Source: Schizochytrium sp. TIO01
Lineage: Eukaryota; Protista; Bigyra: Labyrinthulomycetes
Length of the DNA: 64,000 nt
Direction: 5' to 3'
Assembly: GCA_004764695.1 (NCBI GenBank)
Contig: SMSO01000032.1
Coordinates: 7,782,483 to 7,846,482 of the forward strand
Within the stretch, counting starts at the first letter, position 1. Each line of letters starts with the position of its first letter. A model generated the notes under the pieces. The model saw only the letters and a list, made by a program, of their open reading frames with translations, did no database searches and was not told where the DNA came from. The translations under genes and the position numbers were made by a program. Below, piece by piece: positions 1 through 12,007 of the stretch.

Positions 1-3000
1 CTACTTATACCTCTTCCTGTAAAATCATATATAGGAAATTAGAGTAAAGGGGTATTTCCCAGTGGCGATACATACTTGGCCTTACGAAATCATACGAACA
101 ACTGCTTTTTACTTACGTGCATAGTATCAATTCCCATGAAGCCTGTAACTAGCGTACATGAAGAAGCACCGTATAGACATCCTCAAGTAAAAAATGTTAC
201 TACTTAGAGGCTAAACAAAAATATGTAAATTGGGGAGTGAAAAACGTTGAAGAGGGGTTGTTGCCATAGAGTTATGCAATGGTATTGTAGTCCTAGCTTG
301 TATAAACACATCAACGTGATTATCTTGCGCTCGCTTTAGATAGAGATCTGCTAATCATTTCGAGTTTTTATTGCAATTCCTTTATTGTGTTTCTTCTTGC
401 ACTACAACTTCTATCAAATGACTAACGTGGATTTTATTAGGAATTCATCAGTTATGCTCTTAGCAGGCATACAATTATAGAGTCTATAAAGTTTCGCAGC
501 AATCCTACCGTTACTGGCACTTCTCAGTTGTAGCATCAACATTTTGCACATCTGATGTATACAGATATTAAGTACGTGCTTCAGAGTTCATTTCTTACTA
601 GAAAATTAAGGCCCGTGCGTATTTATGTAACAATACATAGGGTCCACTCTAGCTTGGGTCAAGTTTGAGATGAAATTTATTTGGTGATTTGGCCAACTGC
701 GCACCATTGAAAACAGCGCGAACATATGTTCAAGAAAAATCAAAGTCACGACCCAAGTTCAAAATCTCCAAGCATTTCGTATTTGAAATCATTCAAATTA
801 ATTTTTCCGGTAGTTAGAGCTGGTACAAAAATAGAAATAAAATAGATCTGGATAGATACCAGGGTTCAGGGAAATATAATACATCAATAGAAATTGAAAA
901 TTGCATTATATATATATATACTGAAACATCAAGTAGAACAATATATTTATTACCTGCCACCTGGGACATTCTCGCTAATCAGGAACTATTCTTGTGAATT
1001 CTTTAACTCGGATAAACCGCGCAAGGAGAAACATGAGACCTACAGTAAGTACACCAAGGATACCTAGGTAGTAGGTAGGTTTGTTCTTTCTACTTCTAAG
1101 TCTATTTGAAAAAATGATGAAGAAGACAATAGTGAAATTAAGTAAAGAGCGTAGATAAGTTTTCCTTTGAATTTAGTTGTACATCTCATATTGCAGAATA
1201 ACCACTATAACTACTAATTTTTTACTATTTTAAAATAGTAAAATTAAAAAGTTATACCATAGGTATGGTATTTAGGCATAATCTATAGGACTTTTATATC
1301 TATTATTTAGCAAAAATGAGATGATGTTTTGTTTTAATTTTTACTACTTTTTTTAATACTTTTTACCAAGTAGTAGGTAGTTAGTACCTTACTATAACAT
1401 ACCTACCCACTAACAACAAAGAAACAAACACTGCGTCATGTGGTGTATCTTGTTGCTGTAGACGGCAGTGGCTGAGTTACGATATATACAGCTATGTATA
1501 TACATAGTATGCGCAGCAGCTTTCATAATCACCCACTGAGCACCTAGGTAGCCATCTCAATGCGCAAATAAAGTTGCGAGCTAGAATAAATTGCTCATTT
1601 TAAGGCCTTCGTATTTTTACAAGTAGGTAAGCCTACCACAAGGACTATCTAGTAACAAAAGATAAGTAAGGTTAGTATTTGAACCTCCGTGCGTCGTGCC
1701 AATTTGGGTTGCGGCATGAGTGGCTATGAATTGTTAAAAGTCCTTTATCACTCTCTCCTTGTCTTTTCACACTGCCTGACAGGAGTTTTAAGTCTCTTTA
1801 ATCGCCTACCTCATTATTTGGGCCACTTTGCTGTTGAGGTTAATTACTTAAAGAGCAACTAACAGTTGTATTAGCGTTCTGTATTTATATGTGTGCGGAA
1901 AGACAGACGAAAACTTATGCAAGTTGCGAACTACAGTGTGTTTGATTGTTTGCATTAACCCGGCACATAAAACATACAACTTTGAACTTTGAAATCCCAA
2001 ATATACTTAGCACTTTAGCTTTTCGCCAACCAGTTAGAGTGCTTAGGCTTGAAAAAGCTGTAGTATAGGTACCATCGTAGGGATCATCATTATATTTAAC
2101 GCAAATTTTTTTTTATAGAGAATAACTCGTCAGAACTACTATCAGTAGGAGTACTTGATGCTTGTGGTAATAGTAGGAGAAAGTCTCTGGCCAGCTTACT
2201 AGAAAAATGAACAAGTAAAGTTTTAGCTATTCTTTTCATAGGTCTGCCTAATCACAACAATAAATGGCGTAGTTAATGATTAGTCTTATTTTTACATACA
2301 ACAATGTTTTTGGTTGTTTTTATTAGAAAAGTAATAGGCACCTCGAATGCTAGCCTCATTGGTAGTAGTTGTCCTGCTATAATTAAAGTGCTACTCTTTC
2401 TAAGCGATAGTCGCACTGCTAAAAGTAGTATGAATGGCTTTACTCATAATTAGCAGGCAACAAGAATAGCAGGCTAGGCTATTGAGTGGAGCGCTTGCGC
2501 AGACTTCATCCTCAACTCTGCGCTGGAGGACCCACCCAGACAAGGGCAAGGCGAGCATTGCCTTTCAGAGGGCTCTGCTACTATTGCTTCTGGGCAGCAA
2601 ACGGAGTAACCTCTATTTAGTGCACGGGCTCTTCAATCTTCTTTGTGATTTGTCGAAAGCCCGTCAAATCATCGGGTCTCCCAACCTCTTCTCTCTTGCA
2701 TCCTCTCCCCGACCGCATCCTCTTTTCCTCTTACTAGTAGTGCATTGGTCTCTATCGATCTCCACACTGTCGCTCGTGGGAGAGCCAAATCTGTGCTAAT
2801 ACCAGCTTTTACAGAGCTCGGTCTCTTCTGTAGACGCTGAAGAATTTAGAATAGATAACAAACAAACTCTGTGGAAACTACTTCTACATTGTGTTGTGAA
2901 AGCAAAAACTGGGGCAACCAAACAAGAAAACTCCTGAGCACTTGAACAGGAACCTATTCACTAAGACACCTCCTATTACATCAATTATCGACGTGAGTAT

Positions 3001-3017
3001 TTCACTCATCCCGCAAA

Positions 3018-4175
3018 ATGTTGGCTGCTAAAGTTCGAGCTGTTGAGCGCCTCATGGGCCGCGCTGTTGATCATGTTTTTGAGTGCCCTTGCGGTGACCT
3101 CGGATACAGAATGAAAGTGTCTCTCCGCGTCACACGGGACCGCTCCCTGCCATTTTCCCAGGCGCAGTTCGCCTGGCACGACCCTTTGACCAAGAACTTG
3201 ACCACCTTGGACAAACCATCGTTCCCAATTGCGCACCAAAAGATCAACATGGCGCTCCCCGTGGTTCTCGATAGGATACAGAATGACCCAATTATTGGTG
3301 ACTCGGTCTTTGAGGCGAAGCTACAAACTAGTCTACTTGGCGAAGTTATGGTTTCCCTCCTGTACAAGTCCCGGTTTGATGACAATGAGTGGAGAGCCGC
3401 CGCAGCACCCCTCAGCCAAGCAATTAAGGAAGCAACTGGAGCACTGAAGGTGAACATGATCGGAAGGTCAAAGAAACAAAATGTTGTTGTTGGCGAATCG
3501 TTTGTGCTCGAAAAATTCGCTGTCAAAAATGCCGATGGCGTTCCGCATGACTTTTGGTATCGCCAAAGTGCTGAGGAGTTCTCTCAACCCAACGGCCTCA
3601 TGAACAATATTATGCTTCAATGGGCTGCTGATGTAACCCAGCCACCAGCAGATATCAAGAACCAGTCGAATGCTGAGAATGACCTGCTAGAGCTTTACTG
3701 CGGAAATGGCAACTTTACTGCAGTGCTGGGCAAGTTCAACTATGAGTACACCTTGGCAAGTGAGATTGGCCGCGTTGGAGTCCGAGATGCACTTTGGAGC
3801 CTTATGCGTAACGACGTGAACCAGGCCAAGGTTGTCCGCATGTCAAGCCACGAGATGTGCCAGGCCTTCTTCAACGAGCGCCAGTTTCAGCGTCTCCGAG
3901 AAGTAGACCTTGATGACTATGGTTTCCGCACCATTTTTGTGGACCCGCCCCGCCAGGGTCTTGATGTTGGCTCTGTGAGAATCCTTTCCACCCACCCTGG
4001 ACAAATTGTGTACGTCAGTTGTAATCCGATCTCAATGAAGAGGGACATTGAGGCTATCCGTGAGCTGTCACCATTCAAAATGGAAGTGAAGGAGCTTGTC
4101 TGCTTCGACCAGTTTCCCAACACTGACCATATTGAACTTGGTGCAGTCTTGGAAATGTCTGAAGGCCGCTTATAA
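3018..4175 (+). CDS. trmA: tRNA (uracil-5-)-methyltransferase, TrmA-type (m5U54)
   Basis: 385-aa ORF with motifs closely matching E. coli TrmA: FSQPNG..N..ML.WA.DVT, SAM motif LLELYCGNGNFT, IFVDPPRQGLD, catalytic YVSCNP and FDQFPNTDHIE. An in-frame TGA at 2994-2996 lies upstream of the ATG; a short extra 5' exon cannot be excluded. Confidence 0.92.
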   Translation: MLAAKVRAVERLMGRAVDHVFECPCGDLGYRMKVSLRVTRDRSLPFSQAQFAWHDPLTKNLTTLDKPSFPIAHQKINMALPVVLDRIQNDPIIGDSVFEAKLQTSLLGEVMVSLLYKSRFDDNEWRAAAAPLSQAIKEATGALKVNMIGRSKKQNVVVGESFVLEKFAVKNADGVPHDFWYRQSAEEFSQPNGLMNNIMLQWAADVTQPPADIKNQSNAENDLLELYCGNGNFTAVLGKFNYEYTLASEIGRVGVRDALWSLMRNDVNQAKVVRMSSHEMCQAFFNERQFQRLREVDLDDYGFRTIFVDPPRQGLDVGSVRILSTHPGQIVYVSCNPISMKRDIEAIRELSPFKMEVKELVCFDQFPNTDHIELGAVLEMSEGRL

Positions 4176-6771
4176 CCGCGCAAACTATGATGCAACGTTC
4201 AGTAAACAGTTTCACCACAAACTACGTAATTACAAAAACATTTAACTAAAGATATTCAATTGAGATCCATTTACTCTACTATTGGTCTTTTCAGCAAACT
4301 TTTTTAGATTAAAGTATTCCAAGCATGGGGGCTGACGATCGCTGTATGAATGGCCGAAAACTAGGTATGACATGAATAGCAAATATAACAATAAAACATC
4401 AAAGGAGAAAAAATGGTGGATGCCCTTAGCAACACGCCAAAGCAAGCTGTGTGTTAGTTCCTTTTGTTTTGTCCTTCAGCACTGACTGAGACAAACCATG
4501 CAGAGGAAAACCCAACGGGAATGGGGCTGCCCAGAACACCTTATATATGTATATATGAAAGTCAATTGATTTCGAGCTATATTTAAAATTCATATTAACA
4601 AATACAAATTCGCTAAGGACTCAGCTTTGTTTTTTTCATAAGCGTAGCCTTTTCCTTTTGGTGATGACTGCTCATATTTATTTATTTTCATTTGGTTCTT
4701 AGTCGATGTAGCAAAAAGATGATAGCCTTTGCTTGTGATAAAGTTTTTTTAAACCCCAACATACTAAGAAAAAGAGAGGGGATGCTTCGTATGCATACAT
4801 ACATATGTCAAATAATTGAAGGATGTAAATTTCTACATTATAATAAATTGTTGCTTCAAAGTATGAACAAATTTTATAGCTACATTTACAGACATCGTCA
4901 CTGAATTTTCCACGAATGTTGGAGGAAAGGGCATATTCGTGGCAGAGAGTATATTGATAAGCTACTTCTATTTAACAACGTCTTATTTTACACCTGTAAA
5001 ATTTCGTTTGCCAATCTCTCTTGCCTTGGTCAAATAGTTCGTGATATATTACTATCTATGTTGCATATTGAAGTTTCAGCTTACAATAGTTGACTCTTTA
5101 TAAGATATGTCGGCTCAGTCAAATTCGATGTAACTGACACCTCTCGTTTTGCTAATGAACAAGCACTTAACTTATAGTCCAAACATTTTAAAAACACGCA
5201 TGATCATTAAAAAGATTGAGAAGGTCACACAGATTGCGGATTCAGTGATCTGCCTTATAATGGTTTAAGTAATTGTTATGAGTTCAAGTAAATGTATAGT
5301 ACAGATAAAGTAGAGGAGGCTGTTTAATAATGATATCTTTTTTAGGTCTTTCTTGTAAAGAGGAAATCAACATACCATGTTTTTCAAAGTCGAAAATTAG
5401 ATATTAATATAGTATCGCTGTTTAACTAAACTATCCATGTTTAGAGAGCCCAATTTGTGAAATTGGTGTATTTATTTCCTTGTGGTCTGCAATCCCAGAG
5501 TATTATATCATAATTTAAAATATAAATAAATAGTGATAAATGATACTGAATGGTACACCTGTATGAAGACTATTTTATTTTAAATTCGCAAGATCCTCCT
5601 TGTGTGCTATTATTGTGCACTCTAGTCGTAGTCACTCTGACCTTACTATCAATTCCATCAAGTTAGTTAGTTCTTTTTTGTCATTAAAAAAACAAAACAA
5701 ATAACTTTCAAAGATTCAAAAGATCTATAAACGTCGCCCAGTAATACCTCTTTCACCTTTTGTTGAGCTGGCTGAAGATCTTGCTGGCATGGTATTAGCT
5801 ATATTAATGCATGCACGAATAATTTCTAGTACATATGCATAATATATATATTGCTGTAAGTAAATCAAACCATTACTATAACGAAAACGGATTTTCGTTA
5901 GACACTGAGATACATCCAGCAAATTCACAACCAATAGCTCAAATCTCTGGGATACGTATGCAGCAAGTCAAGGTTACAGTTGAATGCTAAGCAAAGTAAT
6001 AGACTAGTTTCTGATAGAACAATTCGTGTAGTGATATTTCGAATTGCTAACATTTTGTATATTATCGTCAAGTTACATGGATGAGTTGGGTGTTCAGCAG
6101 GATTGAATGGACGAAACTGAACGAGACGACGGATAAAGAGAGATATGAAAGACCTGTAACCCATATTCTGAATAAATACAGCTAATGACTTATCTAAGTT
6201 ATTTTTGTTTTTAAAGAAAAGAAAAGTGAAATATAATAGAATGAATGAGACAATTGTATTTATTTTGAGTGGTTGGATCCACCTGTCTGATGTACTATCA
6301 CACTGGCGTGTGAAACAGTCCGAGGCAGCTCGGCGCAGTACTGTTGAGCAAATAAAAAAAAAAGGAAAAAAAAAGAAGCTTAGCCGTATTGATATTATTT
6401 GAGCAATTAAACTTTAATCACTTAATTAGATTATATAATAATATTTCGACGAGTATATAATATTAGAAAAATACTTCAATACTATCTGTATATATATATA
6501 TATTATCATTTATACCTAACTCCTAAAAAGTTATCTATGACTAAATCTGTGAGATCAAATAACATGTATTATATTATATTATATATATATACACATTTAT
6601 TAAAAAGCTTACTGTTTGTTGTATTATCTAGTAACTAACTAACAACATACTATCTTCATTTGATATTTATTACCTGTCCTCTCATCCGTTCGACAGTATG
6701 TATTGATTGATTAATTGATTCGATTGGCCCAGGCTGGCCCTCTGCCAGCCCTGTATTTTATAATAAAATAA

Positions 6772-7544
6772 GTATACATCATTAATATTTTAAATGTCTC
6801 TTCACTGCGCAGCATGACCATGCATGGGCCACGGTTATTTCATTATATGGAAACAATTAAATCCCATGCAAAACAAAACAAAACACAAGCACTCATCTTT
6901 GAAAATTCAAAAAACACCAAGGACTCACTGAGTGCATCGCTCTAATCATCTCAAGAAAATATTATCACTTTTATAATTTTATTGCTGTGTTGATTGTTTC
7001 AAACGTTTAACAAAAAACAGTATGGTGTGATCAAATTAAACTCCCAGGGGTCTGGTTTATACTGCAATGACAATCATTGTATATATTTATTAAACATTAT
7101 CTTACGTACAAATGTAGTCATTTATATATTTCATTCTATTTTATTGTCCCCTCTAAATCATCATTTAAGTTATATTTGCAATATTAAATTATAATATTAT
7201 TAATTTATTGCAAAATTATTGTGTATATTAATTTTTTCATAAATTTATTTTTAAAATTATAAATATAAATATATTTTGTTAATAATTTTTATTAAATTGA
7301 CATATTTTGATATATTTGGTATTTTATTGAGTTACACAAACTTATTATTTAAGCCTTTTTAATTTGTAAAAAAATGTACTTGTAAATATATATATTACAT
7401 ATGTAAGCAGTATTATTATAATGACAAACGAACGACTCTCGATATAAACAGTTACATTTTGTAATATATATATATAAGACCGTGGCGTTCGGTCATACTG
7501 CGCAGTGCATACGAAGAGACATTTGAAATATTGATGATGTATAC
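6772..7544. mobile_element. AT-rich segment bounded by diverged ~65-bp inverted repeats (MITE/foldback-like)
   Basis: Left arm 6772-6835 gtatacatcattaatattttaaatgtctcttcactgcgcagcatgacc...gccacggt matches the reverse complement of 7479-7544 (gtatacatcatcaatatttcaaatgtctcttcgtatgcactgcgcagtatgaccgaacgccacggt). No convincing coding capacity inside; TSD not identified. Confidence 0.5.
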
Positions 7545-8510
7545 AATCAAACACAGCTATACTATATTATTATATAATATATTAATATAATAATATTATA
7601 CTAAATTTAAAAAATAAAACAAAAAAAACATGGCTTCAAATGACTGCGTGCGTCGGTCGTGAGTTACCTAGGGTTCCTTAAACGGTGATCAGTTAGTGAG
7701 ACCTAAGGAGATTCGCACCAAGATTCCTATTGCCAATGTATGGGTTCCGTTCCCTTCGCTGCTATGTGCTGAGAGCCATTATTTGATTTAGTTAGACAAC
7801 TGTTGATATGGCGCACGCTGAATGCGTAGTTCTGGTGTATTTATTGCATAGCTTATAAATATAAAGTAGTGATTTTTTAATATGTAGAGTTTTTAAAAAA
7901 GTAAGCCCAGTACTCACAACTGCATCACTGCAATAAGGACCCAATCTTACTCAACTACCAGGCCTTCAACATCAAATACTAACATAATTCACAAAGTTTA
8001 TTATTGATGCAGCGCGAAGAGGTAATCCAATTTTTTTAAATCTGGTCTCTCTTTTTATATCTTATAAAAAAATTGCTTTGGTCTCGATTAAAATGAGCGT
8101 ACAGATTCCAGTATTCATCGCTATACTATGCAACTATAAACTGGCTTATGCTCACGACCTCAGGAATGATTTTCTTGTTTCTTGTTGTTTCATATTTACA
8201 ATAATATAGGGCACACGCTATCTTGATCTATACTGAGCAGGGAGACATGGTGACAGAATATGTGATACGAATTGAGTGACTTTAGCAAATAGCAGCTAGC
8301 TAGCAGCAGTCTCAATAGCTCTCTTACAATATGTTCATCTGATGAGACAGTCTATTTTACTCAAATAGGATAGAATCGAACAAAAAAAAAGTGTTCGTGT
8401 GAATTTATGAGTATCGGTTCTCGCTTTGTATAATACTCTGTTGAGTGCCCACACAGATGAGTTATGTATACTTTTAATTCAATAACTAGTGTCCAGCTGC
8501 GTTATTTCTT

Positions 8511-8550
8511 TTGTCTCGTTCCCTGATTGATTGTCTCGTTCCCTGATTGA
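8511..8550. repeat. Perfect 20-bp tandem duplication
   Basis: ttgtctcgttccctgattga occurs twice in tandem. Confidence 0.9.
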
Positions 8551-9079
8551 TCAAGACGCAAGGATGTAGTTTGTATGGGCTCACAGATGTATGCCAATGG
8601 GAAGAACTTTTACATAAATGCTAAAATGGAGCTGCGCCAGTGTTTAGTAAAACAAGTGTCACGTCCTATACTTCTTGCTAGCATGCGTAAAGTATAGATA
8701 GTAGATTTCTCTCTCTCTCTCTCTACATATATATCTTTATATCTATAAAGTATTTCAATTTATCGTTGCCAACATGTTAATTGTGATCAAGTCTAAATTT
8801 CTCTCGGGTATTTTGCGCAAATAGGAAAGAGAACCTCTATACTTTTATTTGCTTGAAGAAGATTCGCGATTTGATTTTTCCTGGCAAAAGAGTGAGTGGT
8901 ACGGTAATAGCATTACTATTACCAAAGTTGAGATATGCTCGACCAGAAGCAAACAATAGAATGAGATCAAAAATAGGGTGACGTAAAGCGTGAACATGTA
9001 GAAAATGCTCAAATACCACTTGTTTCAATCAATAATAATATATTATATAGGAGAATGACTCGAGATCACTCATAGGGGC

Positions 9080-10705
9080 TTATTTGATTTTCGGGAGACT
9101 TTGAAACGCAGCGCAAAGTTCCTGGCAAGCTTTCTCAGTGACTCCCCATTTTTTCACGCCTTCGTCAGTTTGCAGAAAATGAATCGTTGTATCAGTAGTA
9201 GAGGCTACACTTGACCTTGACTTAGCGCGATGCTGTGCCCCTTGTTTATAAGTGTGTGTTCTGTTTGGCACTTGAAGCATCTTTCTGTGAAAGGCACTTC
9301 CTTCAAAAAAAGGGTCATAGCGGGAAGGAACGATTACCACGAATGACAGAGGCTCGCACGCACCAGTCGCATCAGTTAAGAGTTGACCTATGTGATCTGC
9401 TGTCAAGAGAACTGTAGACGTAGTAAAGGGTGGGTTTACCTCGAATGATCCACGCCGAGGCCAGAACTGAAAGAATGACCCACGAGACCCGAAAATATTG
9501 TCTGTGTCAGGAAATGCTGAGCAGTATCTAGAAAATTGTTTGTAGCGGTTGAGAGGTGATGCAAAACATTCCTCTTCAACGCCAAACTTGTGATGAAGGA
9601 AATCAAATACTGGATCTGGCAATGCAGCTTGGAAACCAGACGCGCCAAAAGATTCATAGCGCATGAGTACGCAAAAAGATGCACGAAGAAAAGTTTGATC
9701 TGCGAATTCAGTAGAATAGTCAGGGTCTTGAGAAGTTGAAGATGACATTGAATTTTGCGCTGGGCTGTTTCTTCTTGCTATTTGAAAGCTTTGAGCAAGT
9801 TTTTTTAGATGTGCCAAGGTCACTGTAACTTCGTCAGATCGATAACGGAGTTTCATTTCCCTATGATTTATCTTTGTCAAAGTCACGTGCTGTTTCCGCC
9901 CTTGCTTGGAGTTTGCCTCTGGAGGCTTTGAGCTTGCCACAAGGCGCGAGGCTGCAGCAGAGAACTCGGCAATCGCAGGCAGGTGCCCTTCAATACCATC
10001 TAGCTCATTCTGGAGAACTGGCTCAGCGCCTCGAATACCCAATTGATCTGGAATAGGCCCACACGGTTTTTCACTGCTTTCCAAAGCGCAAAATAGCCAC
10101 CGGTGCCACATGGCATCACCATTACGTAGAGTTGCTTTAGTTTGAAGAGGCAATCTCGAAAGGTCCTTGGAAGAGAGCCTTGCAACAAGCGCCTTCTCGA
10201 GCCGGAAATGAATTTTGCGGAGCTCACTCTTGACCCATACTTCTTTCGCAGGAAAGCTAGGCTCCAGCACGATGCTTTGGTCCTGGTCGTCGTCGATGCT
10301 TCGATCATCTCTATCTAGGTTGTATATGGAGTCATCATGACCATCAATATCATCATCAGCGTCAGCAGGACGCGCAATGTCTGTGTTTTCGTGTAAATGA
10401 ATGGATTTGGCATTTCCTTTCACATACTTTTTGATTTTCCCATTAGGTGCGCTTCTATCATCTTGCGTGGTACGTTTTCGCTTTGATGATGAGATGCTTT
10501 CCGAGATAGAAGCTGAGCTTCCAGGTTTGGTGCTTGCGCCACTGCTCACCGTGCTGCTTGAGGATTTGCTAGTGGATTTTGCATTGTCGTATTCATCGCC
10601 CTCGTCAGCGCTTGATCTTTGTGAGCGATTTGGTTTTGCAGAGACATCTTCTTTGTAGTATGAGGCCATAAGTTGGGACAACTCATCACCACCAGCAAAG
10701 GCCAT
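9080..10705 (-). CDS. PCIF1: PCIF1/CAPAM-like cap-specific adenosine N6-methyltransferase (no WW domain seen)
   Basis: C-terminal half has GFQAALPDPVFDFL, ECFASPLN, YCSAFPDTDNIFGSRGSFF, GSFEVNPPF and PLSFVVIVP, all hallmarks of the PCIF1 methyltransferase domain. First in-frame ATG is at 10705 (MAFAGG); the ORF track start at 10753 is non-ATG. Confidence 0.85.
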   Translation of the reverse strand: MAFAGGDELSQLMASYYKEDVSAKPNRSQRSSADEGDEYDNAKSTSKSSSSTVSSGASTKPGSSASISESISSSKRKRTTQDDRSAPNGKIKKYVKGNAKSIHLHENTDIARPADADDDIDGHDDSIYNLDRDDRSIDDDQDQSIVLEPSFPAKEVWVKSELRKIHFRLEKALVARLSSKDLSRLPLQTKATLRNGDAMWHRWLFCALESSEKPCGPIPDQLGIRGAEPVLQNELDGIEGHLPAIAEFSAAASRLVASSKPPEANSKQGRKQHVTLTKINHREMKLRYRSDEVTVTLAHLKKLAQSFQIARRNSPAQNSMSSSTSQDPDYSTEFADQTFLRASFCVLMRYESFGASGFQAALPDPVFDFLHHKFGVEEECFASPLNRYKQFSRYCSAFPDTDNIFGSRGSFFQFWPRRGSFEVNPPFTTSTVLLTADHIGQLLTDATGACEPLSFVVIVPSRYDPFFEGSAFHRKMLQVPNRTHTYKQGAQHRAKSRSSVASTTDTTIHFLQTDEGVKKWGVTEKACQELCAAFQSLPKIK

Positions 10706-12007
10706 CTTGGTTGACACCACAAATAGTTTTGAGTGCCAAAGCTCGGGAGGCAAGGTAAGAAACAGAGCAAGAGAAGGAGACAGAGAAATAAAAAGAAAAG
10801 GATGGGGGTTTAATCCAACAGTTGAGAATGGCAGTGCAGCCTATGGGTATCAACAGCCCGTCGCTTGACTGCCTGTGGTTTGAAGACTAATTTTTCCGTG
10901 CTCGTCTCGTCCTTCTATTTCGCTCTTTAATTAATTACTATAATCCATATCTACCCTAGGTCCTATTCAAGTTGTTATTGCCATTTGGAGGGCGCAGGCC
11001 TTTGAAAAAAGAAGAAGAAAAGTTGAATACTTAGATAAATTATTTATTTATTTATAAAATAAATAGTATATATGGATACAAATATAATATTATAGTACCT
11101 TCTTCTAGCTAGTTTAAAGAAGCTATTTAAGTTAAATAAATAAATAAATAAAATCTTGGTTTTCTATCTTTTGTATAACTATTATTATATGGGCGCAGAT
11201 ACCGTTCTGTCGAATCGTACAAGTATGGTCCGATCCATCTTAGAACTGGCGAAACGACAATTGAACAGCTAATACTCGACACATGTAAATACCATTTTTG
11301 ACATTGTAGAAGATGTGCATATAGATGTAAAAATTACTAGACTTGATAGCTTTCCATTAAAATGGAGATGGATGAACGAAAGAATCAGCATTACGTTTTA
11401 TTCCCTAGTGAACTTTCCTAGGAACCTTCTGCCTCCAAATATAGTTTTTTCAATTGATCCAAGCTCTAATTCATTCGCTTGTTCGTCATTGCTACTTCTT
11501 CTTCAGAAATAGGAGCAGTTGACTTTCAGCAAGCAAATACGTACGACCATCAAGAGAAAGTAAAAAAGGATGCTTATTTTAAAGGGGGAAAAAAAGAGGA
11601 AAGAATTAGAGAGTTCTAGCGAAACTGTTAGAATACAAGATTTTGCATTCATGATTTAATCAATGGAGATCGAAAGAACATTTAGCTACAAATACAGAGG
11701 ATCAATCAATACCATACCTTCTGATCTTTATAAGTGTATGATTGCTTAACTATGGACATGTATCTGACCAAGTTAATACTTTGGTTATTTGGTTGATTGG
11801 TTCGTTCTCCACTTGATATGCCTGCAGAGTTTTTAGCTCAGTACAACAAACACTTTATTCAAACAAGAAATGGTGATCTTCGACTGAAACTAGACTTTTC
11901 TTTTGGACGATAAAACAAATCATGTTTTAAAAGCAACGTCAGATAAGTCATACGTAGAGCAAGCTAAGAGAATAGATGGATTAAATTCATAAGGAGATAC
12001 TCATTGA

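Noticed and set aside
2482-2799. 105-aa ORF upstream of trmA and other short (<165 aa) intergenic or antisense ORFs
   Set aside because: Mostly non-ATG starts, no motifs, or shadows of real genes.
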